Assembly (NCBI GenBank): GCA_051294375.1
Contig: CM119267.1
Location: 18,819,439 to 18,883,438 of the forward strand
Direction of reading: 5' to 3'
Length of the DNA: 64,000 nt
Source of the DNA: Paraspadella gotoi
Lineage: Eukaryota > Animalia > Chaetognatha
The translations under genes and the position numbers were made by a program. Shown piece by piece: positions 1 through 13,699 of the stretch. The notes beneath the pieces were generated by a model. It worked only from the letters and a program-made list of their open reading frames with translations, did not search any database and was not told where the DNA came from. The number at the start of each line of letters is the position of its first letter. The first letter of the stretch is position 1.

Positions 1-375
1 CTAAGAGGCAAATGCAAGGAGTAAGTAATTTGAGTAAGAAACATAAGCTATTAGCTAAGAAAATAACAAATAAAAAACTCCGAAGTGTTACTTAGCATTC
101 AGAAACTAAGGCAAAGCAACAAGAAATAGAAGCTATTGGCAATGAAACTAAGCAAAATAAAGAACTGACTCCTAATTAGCAATGAACGTAAGCAATAAAT
201 GTACATACTACACAGAAACTAAGCGCATATCATACAAAAGCTATTGAATGAAACTAAGCAAATGAAGAACACATGCTTATAGCAATAAACTAAGCAAGTA
301 AATGCACAGACACTTTGCAGCTGAGAAACTAAGCGATAAAAAACAGAAGCTATTAGCTAACGATAAGCATAAAAA
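1..375. repeat. Degenerate A-rich minisatellite, unit roughly 35-40 bp (core AGCTATTAGCAATGAAACTAAGCAA)
   Basis: GAAACTAAGC and AGCTATT-like motifs recur at roughly regular spacing from the window start to about 375. Confidence 0.6.
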
Positions 376-674
376 GCTTCCAAGGAAGAAAAGAAATGTG
401 AATGTTTGATCGCAAACGGGAAAAGGGGGTCAATGGAAGAAGAAGCAAAGCGTCGCAACGAAAATGTTTAGGGAGGTCAAGTGGTCTTCGGGCGGAGGCG
501 GCTAGCGGCGGCAGCGGCAGCGGCGGCGGCGGCGGCGGAACGGGAATCGGAATCGATAGCTAATGTTCTTTTTCGACAGCAATAGATCGTCGTCCAGGAT
601 TGGTACTCAACCGAAAATAAAACATTAAATGACCGATTAAAATTCATTAGAGATTAGAGGGTTTGGGAGAGAAA

Positions 675-732
<58 letters not shown>

Positions 733-1003
733 AGAGGAGAGAGAGATAATGAGACAGAAGGGAAAAAAGAAAAAGTATAGCAAAATCGAAAGTCAAACCA
801 GAAAGCAGAGAAACCAGAATTATATCTAATAAAACGAAAGTTCCTGTCATTAGATTGGTAAAATTACTATGTTAAAACAGTTTTTTTTTCGATCAAATTA
901 ACAAAATAATCTAAAATAGTAATTCGGACTGAAATCATTTTCTCCCTCCCTCTCACTCCTCCTCCTCCTCTTTCCAAAGAGACAAAAAGACAAACGGGCG
1001 AGT

Positions 1004-1121
1004 GTCACGTGACCCAAGCGCGCAACGTCTGCCAGCGTCGGTGACGTCACGTGATCGACGATCTGCTATGCCAACAACAACCCGAGAAATTTTTTTATTT
1101 TTTATTTCTCCTCCATCCAAT
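1004..1121. promoter_or_regulatory. Promoter-like motif cluster: E-box palindrome, overlapping CRE/E-box, CCAAT
   Basis: GTCACGTGAC at 1004-1013, GTGACGTCACGTGA at 1041-1054 and CCAAT near 1117, in a GC-richer island between GA tracts. Motif match only. Confidence 0.3.
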
Positions 1122-1306
1122 GGACGGGCCGTTCCCTTCCGGGCAAAAAAAAAGAGATTGACCGCGTGGAATCTCTCGTGGCAGGTGGACTCGGGAGAGG
1201 GACTCAATGAAGGCCGTTGACGGGCGATGGTTTTTGGGCTAGGGAGATGGGGAGATGGGACAGAGGGATATGATTGAAGGGTTTAATGGGGGAGTGAAGG
1301 ACGAAG

Positions 1307-1365
<59 letters not shown>

Positions 1366-2282
1366 AGGAAGAGAGAGAAAAATGAGAGAGAGAGAGAGAG
1401 AGACAGAGTTTCCACCCCTCCGAGTCTGACCTTCGGAGGGAACTTGGTGAGGATATTCTCACGGTTTTTTGATCGAAATAGATCCAACCAATGCCTAATA
1501 TTTTAATTTTGAATGTCAATTTTGGAAGTTTCTCTTTTCGCTCTCATCTCTCTCTCCTCTCTCTCTCTCAATCTCTTCATCTCCTTCTACCAAGTCCTCT
1601 CTCGTCCATCTCTCATCTCTCTCTCTTTTTTTCTCCTCGAGGCTAAAACAACAACATAAACCATAAAAAGTGGAAGAATACTGAATAAGTTCCAACCTTT
1701 GACCCATTCGCGGAGTCGAGCCACAGTTGGGGGGGGAAGAGTGGAGCCTAGGAAATGCTGTTTCTCGAAAGGGGGGGTGGGGGTCTGTAAGAAGAGGGTG
1801 GAGAGTTTACTGTGTTGACGAACTAAAGAGAGATCCCTTATTCTGAGAAATACGAGGGAGAGAAAAACTAGGAAAGAAAATAAGACGAAGAAGAAAACGA
1901 GCTCGGAGCTTATAATATTTTAACGTTGTTTCCTTTTCTTTCTTTTTTTTGAAAGGGGTTTCACCGTTCAGCGTGAAGGTGGCGAGTGGGGTATGGGAGT
2001 GTGTGAGTTTGTTGGGCGTAGAAACGAAAATGCGGATAAGAGAAATTATTCATTAAAACAGAAAAGTTTGTATTATTTTTAGGCTGTGGAAAATTGAAAA
2101 TTATGTCTGTCAGTTCTTTTTATCGTCTTTCGTAAATCCTTATTTATTTCCTTTTTCTTTTCTTTCTTATCTTATCTTTGCTTTTAGGGATTATATCTTT
2201 CTTTCCTTTCTTGTCTTTTCTTATCTTTTCTTTTATTATATCTGTATGTAGGTTTGTATAATGTTATCTTTCTTTCTTTCTT

Positions 2283-2366
2283 TCTATCTAATCTATCTAT
2301 CTATCTATCTATCTTATTTCTAATTCTTAAATTCTATTATATCATCTATATATCTATCTAATATAC

Positions 2367-2410
<44 letters not shown>
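2283..2410. repeat. Interrupted (CTAT)n microsatellite
   Basis: Seen directly. Confidence 0.8.
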
Positions 2411-2411
<1 letters not shown>

Positions 2412-2552
2412 ATATATAACTATCTATTATTTTTTTTCTTAGTTTTTTTTCTAAAGAATTTTTTTTTCTCATCTCTCTCTCTATCTCTCTTCTATCTCTC
2501 TCTCTCTCTCTTCTCTCTGCTCTCATCTCTCTCTCTCTCCTCTCTCTCTCTC

Positions 2553-2589
<37 letters not shown>

Positions 2590-2790
2590 TCTCTCTTCTA
2601 GTAGCATGCGCGGCGTCTATCGAAGAGAACGGCCGTGCACCCCGCGCCAACAAACGATGCGCTACGTAACTGCAACCATGACTGGGCCTAGCGACCTCGG
2701 CAGCGGGGTTCTGCTCTTGAGCAACGGGAAGAAGGAGGATGAAGGAAGAGAGCTTCCCTTAGCAACGGCGGCGCGAGCGAAAGAGGAAAC

Positions 2791-2815
2791 NNNNNNNNNN
2801 NNNNNNNNNNNNNNN
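2791..2815. other. Assembly gap (25 N)
   Basis: Run of 25 n. Identical 25-n gaps occur at 29449-29473 and 52688-52712. Confidence 0.99.
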
Positions 2816-4760
2816 ATAAATCAGCCATTCGATCTTTTTTTTTTTCGATATAACAACCGTATATTCTAAACTTAATGCATCTCAACCATTTTTCGAAATG
2901 TGACTTTTCTCTTTCCCATAAATTTACAATGATGTCTACGAAATCAAACATAAATGACATTACGGAGAGAATCTTGTTGAGCCTTGAAGTTATTTCTCAT
3001 ATATATAATCTTCCAAGTGCACCTGTCTAAGTCTATTGAGGATTTCTTAGAACTACCGACATCTTTGTTTTTTTTATTCTGCTCATTCCAAATAATAATT
3101 CGGAGAATAAACAATATTTACTAGATGTAAAGTAGATATGGTTTATGTTATTTCAAAAACAAAATCACGAAAGCTTGAAAAACCAACGGAGAAGAAAGTA
3201 AACAAAGCCTCTGTTTTGTAAATCCCGGACTGACGAGGCGGATTTACGGGTTTTTAAAACTCGACTTCTAAAGACGCCAGGTAATGTTTGCTGCGGACGG
3301 AACTGCACCTTTCACTATCCCGTCACTTACCCACCCTCCTTCCCAAAGTTCCTCCACTCACGCGAATTCACTGTTCAAAAAACTGAGGATCCGCCCATTC
3401 TTACTTCCCCTTGCGGCATCGTCCTTGAGTCGTTAACTCGTTTTACTATTCGCCGAACTACTACTACGCGGAGAGAGAGAGAGAGAGAGAGGAGAGATGA
3501 GAGAGAAGAAGAGAGAGAGAGAGAGAGAGAGAGAAGAGAGTAGAGAGGAGAAGAGAGAGGCGTCTTACGTAGTACCACTCCTTGAAGAGGGCAAGGGCCT
3601 TCAGAGTTTTGGGCATATAGCTTCACTCTGATTGAGTGCACAACCCGCCCAACCTTTTGTAACTCGCGTTTGTATCCACCTTTCACCTTCCCGCAAACAA
3701 TCGCACCCCCATCTCCCCCTCCCAACCTGCTGCCGCCGCCGCGCGCGCGCCGCCGCTGACGCGGCCGACTCCTCGGAATAGTTTGAATAATTGAAAGGAT
3801 TTGGGGACAACAGTAATTCATTCAGAAGAGAAGGAGGGAGGAGCGAATGGAGAGATAGAGAGGTAAGGGGGGGTACAAGTGACATAGGTATGAGAGTATT
3901 TTGGGGTCGAGCTGAAAGGAGGAGAGGAAAAATAAAATAGAATTGCATGAGAGAGAAAACTTTTAAATTGGAAACGAGGGAAATCAGAGTAGCGTAATAA
4001 ATTTATTTTCTTCGCCTCACCCCCTTTATCTTTGGGTGAGAAATCTGAATCAAGTTCGCGGAGTAAGACTAGCGATGAGAGTAGTGGCTTGTCTGATTGT
4101 CCCGGCCCGAATGGAAACGTCGATAGGCGTCGGGTTTTGGCGATTAGAGAATGAGACTTTGTTTAATTATCAAGACATAATTCAATAATGTTTAATTCGT
4201 TTATATTTTAGAAATTAATTTGGGAGAACTTATCAGATTGGCCGGGACTAGTGGCGTTTTCGGTCTCTCTCGATGGCTCAAGGCTAAAGTTCTCTATTTT
4301 TGGCATCACTGACTATCCCTTACATTGCCATTCGATTGCCACTTTATTAATATCGCCGCCCACTCGTTAAGTTAAGGATTAGAAATTTAACGGGCGTATC
4401 TGTATATATTTAAAAGTATTATTTACTCTTCGGTTGTTCCTTGTTTGGTCATCATCTTATCAATGGAACCAGTAATAAGACAACATAAAAATGGAGAGTA
4501 TCACGAGGCTAAAGATAACGACTTTATATTTCCTGCGGGTCGTTATTATTTCTGTCTAATAAAAAGAAAAACTGGCACTTGGCACTGTAATTCATTTTGT
4601 TTTCTTTTATTTCAGTAAATGTAATCACTCATTCACATTTGCGAGAAAAAAAAACTAATTTTTACAAAGAAAAACCTATAAAGAACAAAACTGCGGACAC
4701 ATGTACAGATGTTCTGAGCAGTTTGTAATCATTCCTATTTTTCCCCAATGTGAAATAAAA

Positions 4761-6495
4761 ATGAACAATACGACAGCGTTCGTTCATCAAACTAGCAAGG
4801 GTAAGTGAAACAAAATAAAAACGAGAAGATTAAGCCCAGCAGAAATTAGATCGCGCTCCTAATCGTCTGCAAAAGGAGCCGACGTGCCGGCTGCTGATGG
4901 GTTCCGTATCTGCGCGCGTCTCTTCATCCTCACGGCCCGCATCCCGACCATCCTCAAGTCCCAAGTTCTCGTCGACTAAATCCAGCCTCTGTCCATTTCC
5001 CAGGTCACTTGACGGTTTGGCCTGTCTCCGACATCATCGTCACCGCACAGACTACTTCGCCGATCCTCTGCTGCGTTGGACAACGGAGAGACGCGGCGCT
5101 ACGTGGATCCACGCGGTGGACCTACCGATGACGAGCACTGACCGGTAGATGGAAACGATTCTGTAATTTTAATGCAAAATTCATAAAGGTTTCATGGTCC
5201 GCTGTCTATTCTCGCGCGTCTCTGCAATCGTGGCTCAGCGTCTTAATTGGCAAAAGATCCCAGGCTTTTGCTCAACGTCGGATTGTCTCTCTCAGCTTGT
5301 AGTGAAGAGAGATATAGTATATATAATATATATAAGAGAGAGATATGAGAGATATATTATATATATGAAATCAGCATACCTCTAATATATAAAGCGCATA
5401 AAGGAGAAATGTATTAGAACTTAACACCAAATCGAAAAACAATCAGACACATACTGAGATAGTCAATTCTGGTCTTAAACGATAAATATCCTAGCTTCCT
5501 CTTCTCAAGCACCCTCAAGACATTCTTATTTATCGTTAATGGCCCTTGTCCGACACTGATATTATCTCATATAATAACAGCAATGATAGCTAGCAATATT
5601 AAGTATATAATATATATAAAAATAAATAAAATATATCATAATACTATATATAATAAAAAATACATATGTATCCTGTAATCAGCACTCATGAATAAGAAAT
5701 ATGGTCATATATATTTACTGGAAGCTCCAGTCCGGTGATAGTCCAAGTCTCCCAAGTTTTCTCGTGGTGCAGGTTCTATCGCTTATAATCTAATTCTAAT
5801 AATTAACATATGTATACTGTGCTAGTATCAGACGAATAAATCCCATCCTGTTTGATACCACCACCAGCGACTTATCCCATGCTCCATCATCCACACCTCT
5901 GTCCTCACATCCGACAAGACGTCCTCAAGTCAAAATCCGCCCAATAAATCCGAGCCTCATCTCTAATATATACTTCTCGCTCTTCGTACTGCCGGTACAG
6001 CTCCTTCTTCTCCTTTCATCATCGGCTCTTTCTAGCCTCTCTCGACCGGGCCCACCCCTTTCTCTATATCCCGTCGAGTGCATGCAGACTCGTATCGGTC
6101 TCCCTCTCTAATCGGCCCTCATCGTGCGTCTCGCTTGCTTACAACTTACAAAACCTGTTCCATCGATCGAGGCTGCAACTGCTCTTTCTGCCGATCCTGA
6201 ATAGCGCTGTCACTCCCTCTGCGATCGAACTCCTCACACTCCAGTTCTCTATTGTCAGCGCTGGTGGGCGTGATACCTTCTGGCTCCTCTTTTATGCCAG
6301 TGATGCTGTGGCACGTCTTCGGAAGCCTAACAGCGGCGTGACCCGTGGCCGAAGTTGATGCCCGTTTGGGTTCGCTTCATCAACAGCACTTAGTCAACTT
6401 GGCTCTCTTATTGCTCGATCTTTCTTCTAATTAATAAAACATTATTTAGTTGTACCTAGAAGAGAAGAAAAGCGGACCTGTTGAGTGAGTCGATG
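4761..6495 (+). pseudogene. Frameshifted/garbled copy of GPCR-A (left arm); may be sequencing error rather than a true pseudogene
   Basis: Begins ATGAACAATACGACAGCG...CTAGCAAGG/GTAAGT like the intact gene at 36511. Later exons are recognisable but full of indels. Confidence 0.75.
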
Positions 6496-7969
6496 AGCGC
6501 GATAAGGCGTTTTTACGTCGATGATATATTTATTATCTGAAATGAATCCGTATAGTAAGTTTTGTTAGATAGTTTCTCTGTGATGATAATTAATATATTT
6601 TCTATATATATCATCTCTATATCTGTATTTTGATGGTCCTATATCTACGGTAGTATAAACTAACTCCCTAACCCTAATCCTACGTTGAAAAACTAAATGT
6701 TGACAAGAGAAGGTGATTGCCTTATGTTCGCGAAGTCCAATCATATTCTTATAGTGTGGTCTGCCATGGTCATATTCGTATCTGATAATACATAATATTG
6801 AATAATAGAGAGCTCTATACCGTTATAGTTTCAACACACTATATATAATATCTGAGCTTAGCTACTCAAACCTTATAATAGATGAGAGTACAATCTCTAT
6901 TGTAGACGAGTTACGTCGCTTTCTCCGGTTTCGGAGGCTGCAACAACCATTTAACTTCTCTCTCTCGAGCTCGCGTCAGTGCCTGATCTGCGTGAACTCT
7001 CTATGCATCGGTCCTTTCTCTGTCCCTGCCCTACGTGGTAATCGATAGATCTTCTATCAACCCCTTATTTACTTCTCATTATTTCAGCTGCTCTTTATCT
7101 TTCTTAAATAGAAAACAGATAACAATTTTAAAAAGTTTATGACAATTAAAATACTACATACTAGCATCTTAATATGATCATTATAAACTACTGAATGCAA
7201 TCTACTACACCAATTAAGATCAAATTAATTAGTATAATAAAAATACCACTTAGTTAATTCCACTTCAATTCCGACGACCACCAATTCTTCATTCTAGAAA
7301 GATATCGAAATCATATTCCTTTGTGGTGAGTGAACAAACTCCAATCAAGAGCAACCGATCGATTTTTTACCTTGGCCTTTTAATACAAACTTAAATTTAC
7401 AAAAGTTCACAAAAATGAAAAGTAATAAAATATTTAATTTATTCTAACGTATAATTAGACATATAAATTTTAAAGTCATCTGAAATGACTAACATTAAGT
7501 AAGTTTTTCCATTCTAAAGAGATATCTCACTCCCTTAAAGTTATAATATCACCGACCGACGAACTTCGCTCATTTTGCCCATTCCGTTATACCTAGACGC
7601 GTCACATCAGTGTTCCTTGTATCGATGGTACTTCATGTACTATGCATATACACCACTTCGATCGTGAACTTCTTCTTCAGATCATCCGTGTGCACATAGT
7701 TTTCTCTCAAGAACGAGAGTTCGTACACCGACCTCAATACGCCGTCCGAGATCAACCACCATCGATTTACTAACCACAGAGTCCTCCAGGTCATATAACA
7801 ACGTGCCGGCGGGTGATGAGGCGCTTTATGAGTAACGTCGACTGCGAGATTCACAGATTTCTCTCATCTAAATTAACTCGACCAACTATTGCTAAAACCA
7901 TTGATTCCTAACTCTATTTGGTTTTGCGAATATCGCGTCGCGAAAAGAAGCGATAATGTCAGAGGGACT

Positions 7970-10552
7970 GAAATAGAACTAGAGCTACTCTAATGCAGAT
8001 GCGTGAGAGGTTCCGACGAATCGCACCGTGCGGCATTGTGCTCTGATGATCTCGCACATTATGCTTCGGTCTTTTGCTCTATGCTACGGCGCTCTTCGTA
8101 TCCCGACAGGATCGCTGGCTGCCTGACTCTCAACTGCTCGTCTCGTGCTAATCCTCAAAGGCGGGACTTCTTGGATTCGTCTAGGTAATTGTGAGTGAAG
8201 CTGTTAATCACTTGACCTCCTGATGACATAACTCTTTAGTATTACGGTTTTTTACTGATGCTCGATACTAAATTAAATCCTGTCCCAAATATCGTTCTAC
8301 AAATCTTTCTCACATAACTGGTAGCATTGAGAACTGATCTGATACAATATGTACTCATTGCGAATACCTCCGTGCAAGTTTCTGCATTTATGTGTACTGA
8401 GAAAACAAGAATGGCTATACGACCTCCATATTAGTAATTCAAAGATATTATTGGTCATGCCCGAGTAATAAACCTCAGTATATATGAATATAAACTATTG
8501 CGTTGTGTATCCACCAAAAAAAGATAAAGCTATTAAGTAACAATTGCATTCGTCCATACCCAGTATGCCACCCACTCACAATCAGTAATTAAATAATTAT
8601 CTCCGGTGTGTCGTGTACTCCTTTATCATGTTTAATCAAGAAGAAATACCATTATCTGCGGAAAACACAGATGGATCCTCGAAATCTTATGGCCAATGCA
8701 GACGCCGTGACGTCGGAATTTCAGTCTTATCTGATCCGAATTTCCTTTGTCCGTAGCATGCGCTCACAGAGAAATTTTCTTAATGGTTCCATGTCCTCCT
8801 CCACGAACCAGTAACCGTCCCCGTCCCAGGCGGCCCGCCGGCGAGGCAGGAGCGAAGCCGTCCGCGTCGAGCCGTGCCAGACTCCAAACGGACTGTGGCG
8901 CGGCCCGTCGTCCGTATCGCTGCGGTTCGCGTTTTCACTTCTTCGTCTGTCTCTACCGTTAAATTTTGGGAGCCAAAAATCACGTTCTGGCTACAAGTGA
9001 AGTGAACTGGGAAAAGATCGCCATCGAGTTATCCAAGCTCCTAAGACGAAACCAATGATATTTGGCTTCTTGCCAAGAGTAACGTATAAGTGAAAGCGAT
9101 TTTAACTATTGAATGGGGTATAGACCATTTATTGCAGATCAAATTCGAATAGTTGTTCATAAACAGTCTTGTACTAAAGAACATTGATATATATAAAACA
9201 ATTTTTAATTTTTTTAGTTTCTCAATTTTCGCATACGCCCATATTATAACCATATTTTATATACCATAGAAAATGTTTAAAATTTTTAAAATAGTTTTTT
9301 TTTTTTAGTTTAAAGCAGATTCACGAATCATCATAAAAAGTTAATAAAAGAATATATAAGTCTTAATCAAAATTCAAAAATTTTTATACTAAAATTAATT
9401 ATAAGTTAAATTTATACAGTTTTTAGGATTTTGACCCATTTAATGAAAATAATTTTCTAAAAAGTGTTATATTCCTTTTGACTATACTTTTCAAGAGGAA
9501 TTCGAATCTCTTTCAAAAATGAGAAAGAAAGCATTTTAAAAATTTTAAATTTTCTATGGTGAAGTATTATCTATAAATCATGGGCGTATGCAAAAAATTG
9601 AAAATAAAAAATAATTTTTTTTATTTAAAAATATTTACAGGTACAATCTTGATTCACTTTATATTAAACTAAAAATTGGGCCATGCCGATCATTTAAAGT
9701 TATAAAGTGGCGCGTCTGTTTTTTTTTTTCCACAGGAGTGTAAATAAAGTGTTTACCATTAGTTTATAATTTTTAACGGTACCATTACCAGTATCCTTTC
9801 ACGGTCGTTTTTTTAGATATTATTAATAGGCAATTCTAAAATAAGTTAAGAATTTAAATTCCTTTCCGCCTCAGATCTTCTCTCTCTGGCACCATTGTCG
9901 TCAGCACCAACCTAGTCCTCATGGTTTGTCATCGTGCCAACGCGCCCAACTCTCCTCGGCCTCCGTCGACTCCTCCGCGCCCTGGAGGAACGTCGGGGCA
10001 GACCCTCTCCGAGCTCGCCGTCGTCGTCGCCGTCGTTTCGTCCTCGTCGCGCCGTGTGTTCGATTCGAGCCATGGCGAACGTTTTCTCTTTGACATATTT
10101 ATCTCGCTTTCGGGCTTTTGCTTGTTGTTTTCATGACGACGTTGACGTTGTTCGTCGTGCTAGAACGTCGGCGATGTCGTCGTCGTCAGTCGTCGTCATC
10201 GTCGTATCGTCCCCGGCTCAGTAGACCTTCAACGAATGACGATCTGCGTGGCGCTGTTGGTACGTCGTCGCCATGGGAACCAACTTTTCTGACAAAGTGA
10301 TGAACTTTTCGACAAACCCGGATCCGCACCATCTCGTCTACAAGACCTACCGAGTCATCCAACTTTCTCAACTCCGCCGTCCAACTTCTTCCTCTACTTC
10401 GCGAAGTGTCGGAGTTTTCGACGAGCCTTCGACGGATGTTTCCGCGGGATCGAGAGATCGAGGGAATTGCCTTGAAAAGCGAACGTGAGCTCGAGGTGGA
10501 GCCCGTGTTTAACGTCGGACTTTCGTCCGACTCTGAGAGATCGAGCGGTTGA
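7970..10552 (+). pseudogene. Frameshifted copy of GPCR-B (left arm)
   Basis: The last exon (about 9875-10552) carries fragments GERFLFDIFISLSGFCLL and DKVMNFSTNPDPHHLVYKTYRV in shifting frames. The first two exons are heavily garbled. Confidence 0.75.
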
Positions 10553-11703
10553 GGGAAATCGAACGATCGCCTTCTCTGACAGCATTCATTAATCATGGAT
10601 TTTTTTAGGTAGACATAATATTATGACGTCAAATTTTCGCTTTTTCAGAGGAAATCGCCATGTTTCTCATAAATAGATATTGATTCGATCTTTTTTGAAA
10701 TTTGTCGCTCAATGACGGGAAAGCAAATGGGATTTTTTATATTTTCAAATTTTGTACAATGTCCAATGTTATTTTGTATTTAATTGTCTATTATAGAATG
10801 TGTAAATCTTTTCTTTAAATATATTATAATCTGAAAAATAATTACTTATTGGGTATCATGATTCTTCATCCAACCTGGCGCCAAAGCGGTCGCGAGACGG
10901 ATAACAATCGGTTCTTCAGAATCTCCGTTTTTTCAGAAGACCAAGAAGAGCCCAACCGTGAGAGCGACTCCTCCAGCTCATCATCTCCTCCCGTCAACTC
11001 GTCAGGGGAGGATGTAGGATTCGATCCCACTTTCTTCAATCTCTAATAATAAAAAAATAAAAGAGTTAACAATAGTTGCTCACTGACGTTAACCAAGGTC
11101 GTTGCCAATTGTTACATATGATTTTTAGCATGTGAGTTAAAAAAAAGATGAACACTGTCAATCCAATCCTACAGGTTGAATGAACTAGTAGCAGTGTTGT
11201 GGTTAGTGGTTACTATAACAGTAACTTACCAAACGTATTTCTTTGTCTCGTCAGCAAAGACTCTTTATTGTTGACAACTGGTTAATCTGGTTTTGGTTCC
11301 ATATATTTCATTACCTTAAATTATTTGTTAAGTTTGACTTTACCATTTTGTTATTACACATATATATGCAATCGCTTTGAATTATCTATATGCTTTTGCT
11401 TATTTTATTAAGGAACTATTTTAAGCTAAACAAAATAAGACTTTGTTCCTGGAAAACTTTTATGTAGCCAATCAAGCGACTTGCAAACTAATTTACGAAG
11501 CAGTGCCGATGAGCGTGTAACTGACCGCTACTCTCCAACGCCATCTCTGATGCTTATTGCTCAGTTCGCCACATGTATGTGCTTTATACCGTTTCAGTGT
11601 GATTATTTGTACTTGAACAATAAAATTTAATTTAATATAATCTAATGAGCGCTCACCCCCGGAATAGAGACTGACTTCCACTGCTTCCCTCTACTCTCTT
11701 CAG

Positions 11704-12138
11704 GTTTACCTCAAGCGCTCATGGCCTTGTGTTGTTTTTCTTGAGCGTCGCAATGTTTTCAGCGACGGCCTTCATGATTTGGGGCCTTAGAAGCAGCCGG
11801 TTTTTGTTGCCGATGTCCGTCAGTTCGTCGTCGTCGCCGTCGAAAGCTCCAGCGCGCCCGCGAGTTGCTCCAGATGCAAGTCTTCGTCGCAGTCGTCTTT
11901 TGCGTGTCCTCGTCGCCAACTTCTTTGGCATGAGATAAACTACCACGGGTGTCTCGGAAGAAATTAAGGACGCCGCCTACAAAGCGTCTCGCCTCGTCAT
12001 CGGCTCAACAGGCCCGTCAACTTCCTCCTCTAGCCGGCGTCTCTCCAAAGTTCCGGTGGAAATGTTGGAAGATTTTCGTGGAGCCCTGGGCGGGGAGAGT
12101 TTGCGGAGCCCCGTCGTGGAACGGATGAGGAAAAATAG
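11704..12138 (+). pseudogene. GPCR-C terminal exon (TM5-TM7), frameshifted copy retaining its splice acceptor
   Basis: Acceptor CTCTCTTCAG/ at 11703, then LVLFFLSVAMFSATAFMIWGLRSSRFLLP. DNA matches the ORF at 30848-31213. Confidence 0.7.
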
Positions 12139-13699
12139 GATCGAGATTTCAAGCTTGAGATGATAGATTTTACTTATGTAACAAATTACCCGGTGACGAA
12201 TTAATGAATGAAATTACAAGTCAAGCAGTCGAGTATCGACACTTCTATGAGTACATACTTTCTTGATATTTCTGATATGCAGAACGCGGCCGGACTGGCT
12301 AGTTTTCAAGAGTGCTTTGCGCGTTCGGATGGAAATAATCGAATATGCCCATATAAAAACTAAATATAAAATACCCGAAAGATCGTTGGTCATCATATTT
12401 ATTACGAGACGTGTTTCAGGTGCTCTGCCAACCTCACGAACCTAGATCTCTGTGCGGAATGCTCCTCTCCCCATTTTAATCTTGAGTCGGCCCCGTCGAA
12501 AAAATAGAGATTTTGGCAAAAAAAACATGACTTTTTGGCCACAAACGATCTCCGATCTTCTGTCTTTTTTTTGCTTCTTTCTTTTCTCTTATTCTTCCGC
12601 TAAAATCGAATTTGCAGGGCGAAACCCGCTGCAAGTCTCGTGCCCCCGCGCCGCTTCAGTCGCGCGCGAAACGGTGCTAAATCCTTGCTCTGCGGCCTGA
12701 GAAATGCAGAGCCTCTCTCATCTCTCTCTTCTCTTCTCTCTCTCTCTCGTCTCTCGTCTCTCTTCTTCTCTTCTCTCTCTCTCTCTCCGACAAATGGCGT
12801 CGCCAGCGCCTCTGTCTTCGCCCGCAGGTCGTCGATAGAGTGTTATTGCTGTTCATTTGTGAATTCAATTAATTTATATATATTTGTGTCTTATAAATTT
12901 GAAGAGACGCGCCAAAGGGAACGCGATACGCCGAAGAATTTATTCTCATTCTATTAAATCTTGACTAAGAATCATGTAAGATATGCTGTGGATAAGGATT
13001 GGATCACTCATGGCAAGCGTTCTTGATTGTTGGCGCGACGATCCTCTGATTGCGATAAAGAATGATCTCTCACGGTCACAAGGCGAGAGGCCGTGGCCGA
13101 CCCTGGCTGCGGGGACCTTACGTGCGCCATTCTTATACAAAATTTAGAATTAATTAGTTAATTATTACAAATTAAAAAGTTAATCGCCGTATTATTTTAA
13201 AAAAAGTGAATTCTTTACTCACGTGTGGAACAACAGTTTATCTATAGATTTGTGGAATAAGTCGCTTCCCGTACTGTGAGACTGTTAACTTTATAAACGC
13301 GGCAATCAGCAAGCTCGGACGTGTCCCGGCTGACCACGACCGTCGTCATACGTAGCTTTGAGATTACGCCCCGCCTTCGTTGCTCTCCTATATCGCTTCC
13401 AGCGGGTAAGCTTCCGCCCTGCCGTGGATGAGACCGAGAAGAAGAGAGTCTATGAGCGAGCTACTAAGAAGAGAGGCACAAACATGGAGGGAAAGTCGTT
13501 TTACATTGAAGAATGTCATCCCTCGGGGTCGAACCTCAGGAAAATTGGACTACGAGAGTTAATAGTTTCGGTGATGAAGTTATAATGAGCGGGACTACAG
13601 CTCGCGAAGACCGACACGATCGACCGCGACTAAGATCAGCTCTGAATTACGCCCCCCCCTTGTTATCCATCGCTTCGGGCGAACTTTCCCCCTCGAGGG

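Noticed and set aside
647-2607. ORFs rich in LSLSLS, ERERER or FFLS (also at 37.6 kb, 39.4 kb, 45.7 kb, 48.6-49.9 kb, 53.3 kb and 58 kb)
   Set aside because: They are translations of (GA)n and (TTTC)n microsatellites, not genes.
2606-2790. GC-rich exon-like fragment before the first gap
   Set aside because: Truncated by N and with no recognisable motif, so strand and product cannot be supported.
7633-9253. Short ORFs with exact duplicates at 22942-24562
   Set aside because: Their identity comes from the inverted repeat. They are chance frames in scrambled copies of GPCR-B exons and introns.
9480-9510. GACTATACTTT resembling the U3 snoRNA 5' end
   Set aside because: It lies within the MITE, is not conserved in the cleaner copy, and no other U3 boxes are present.
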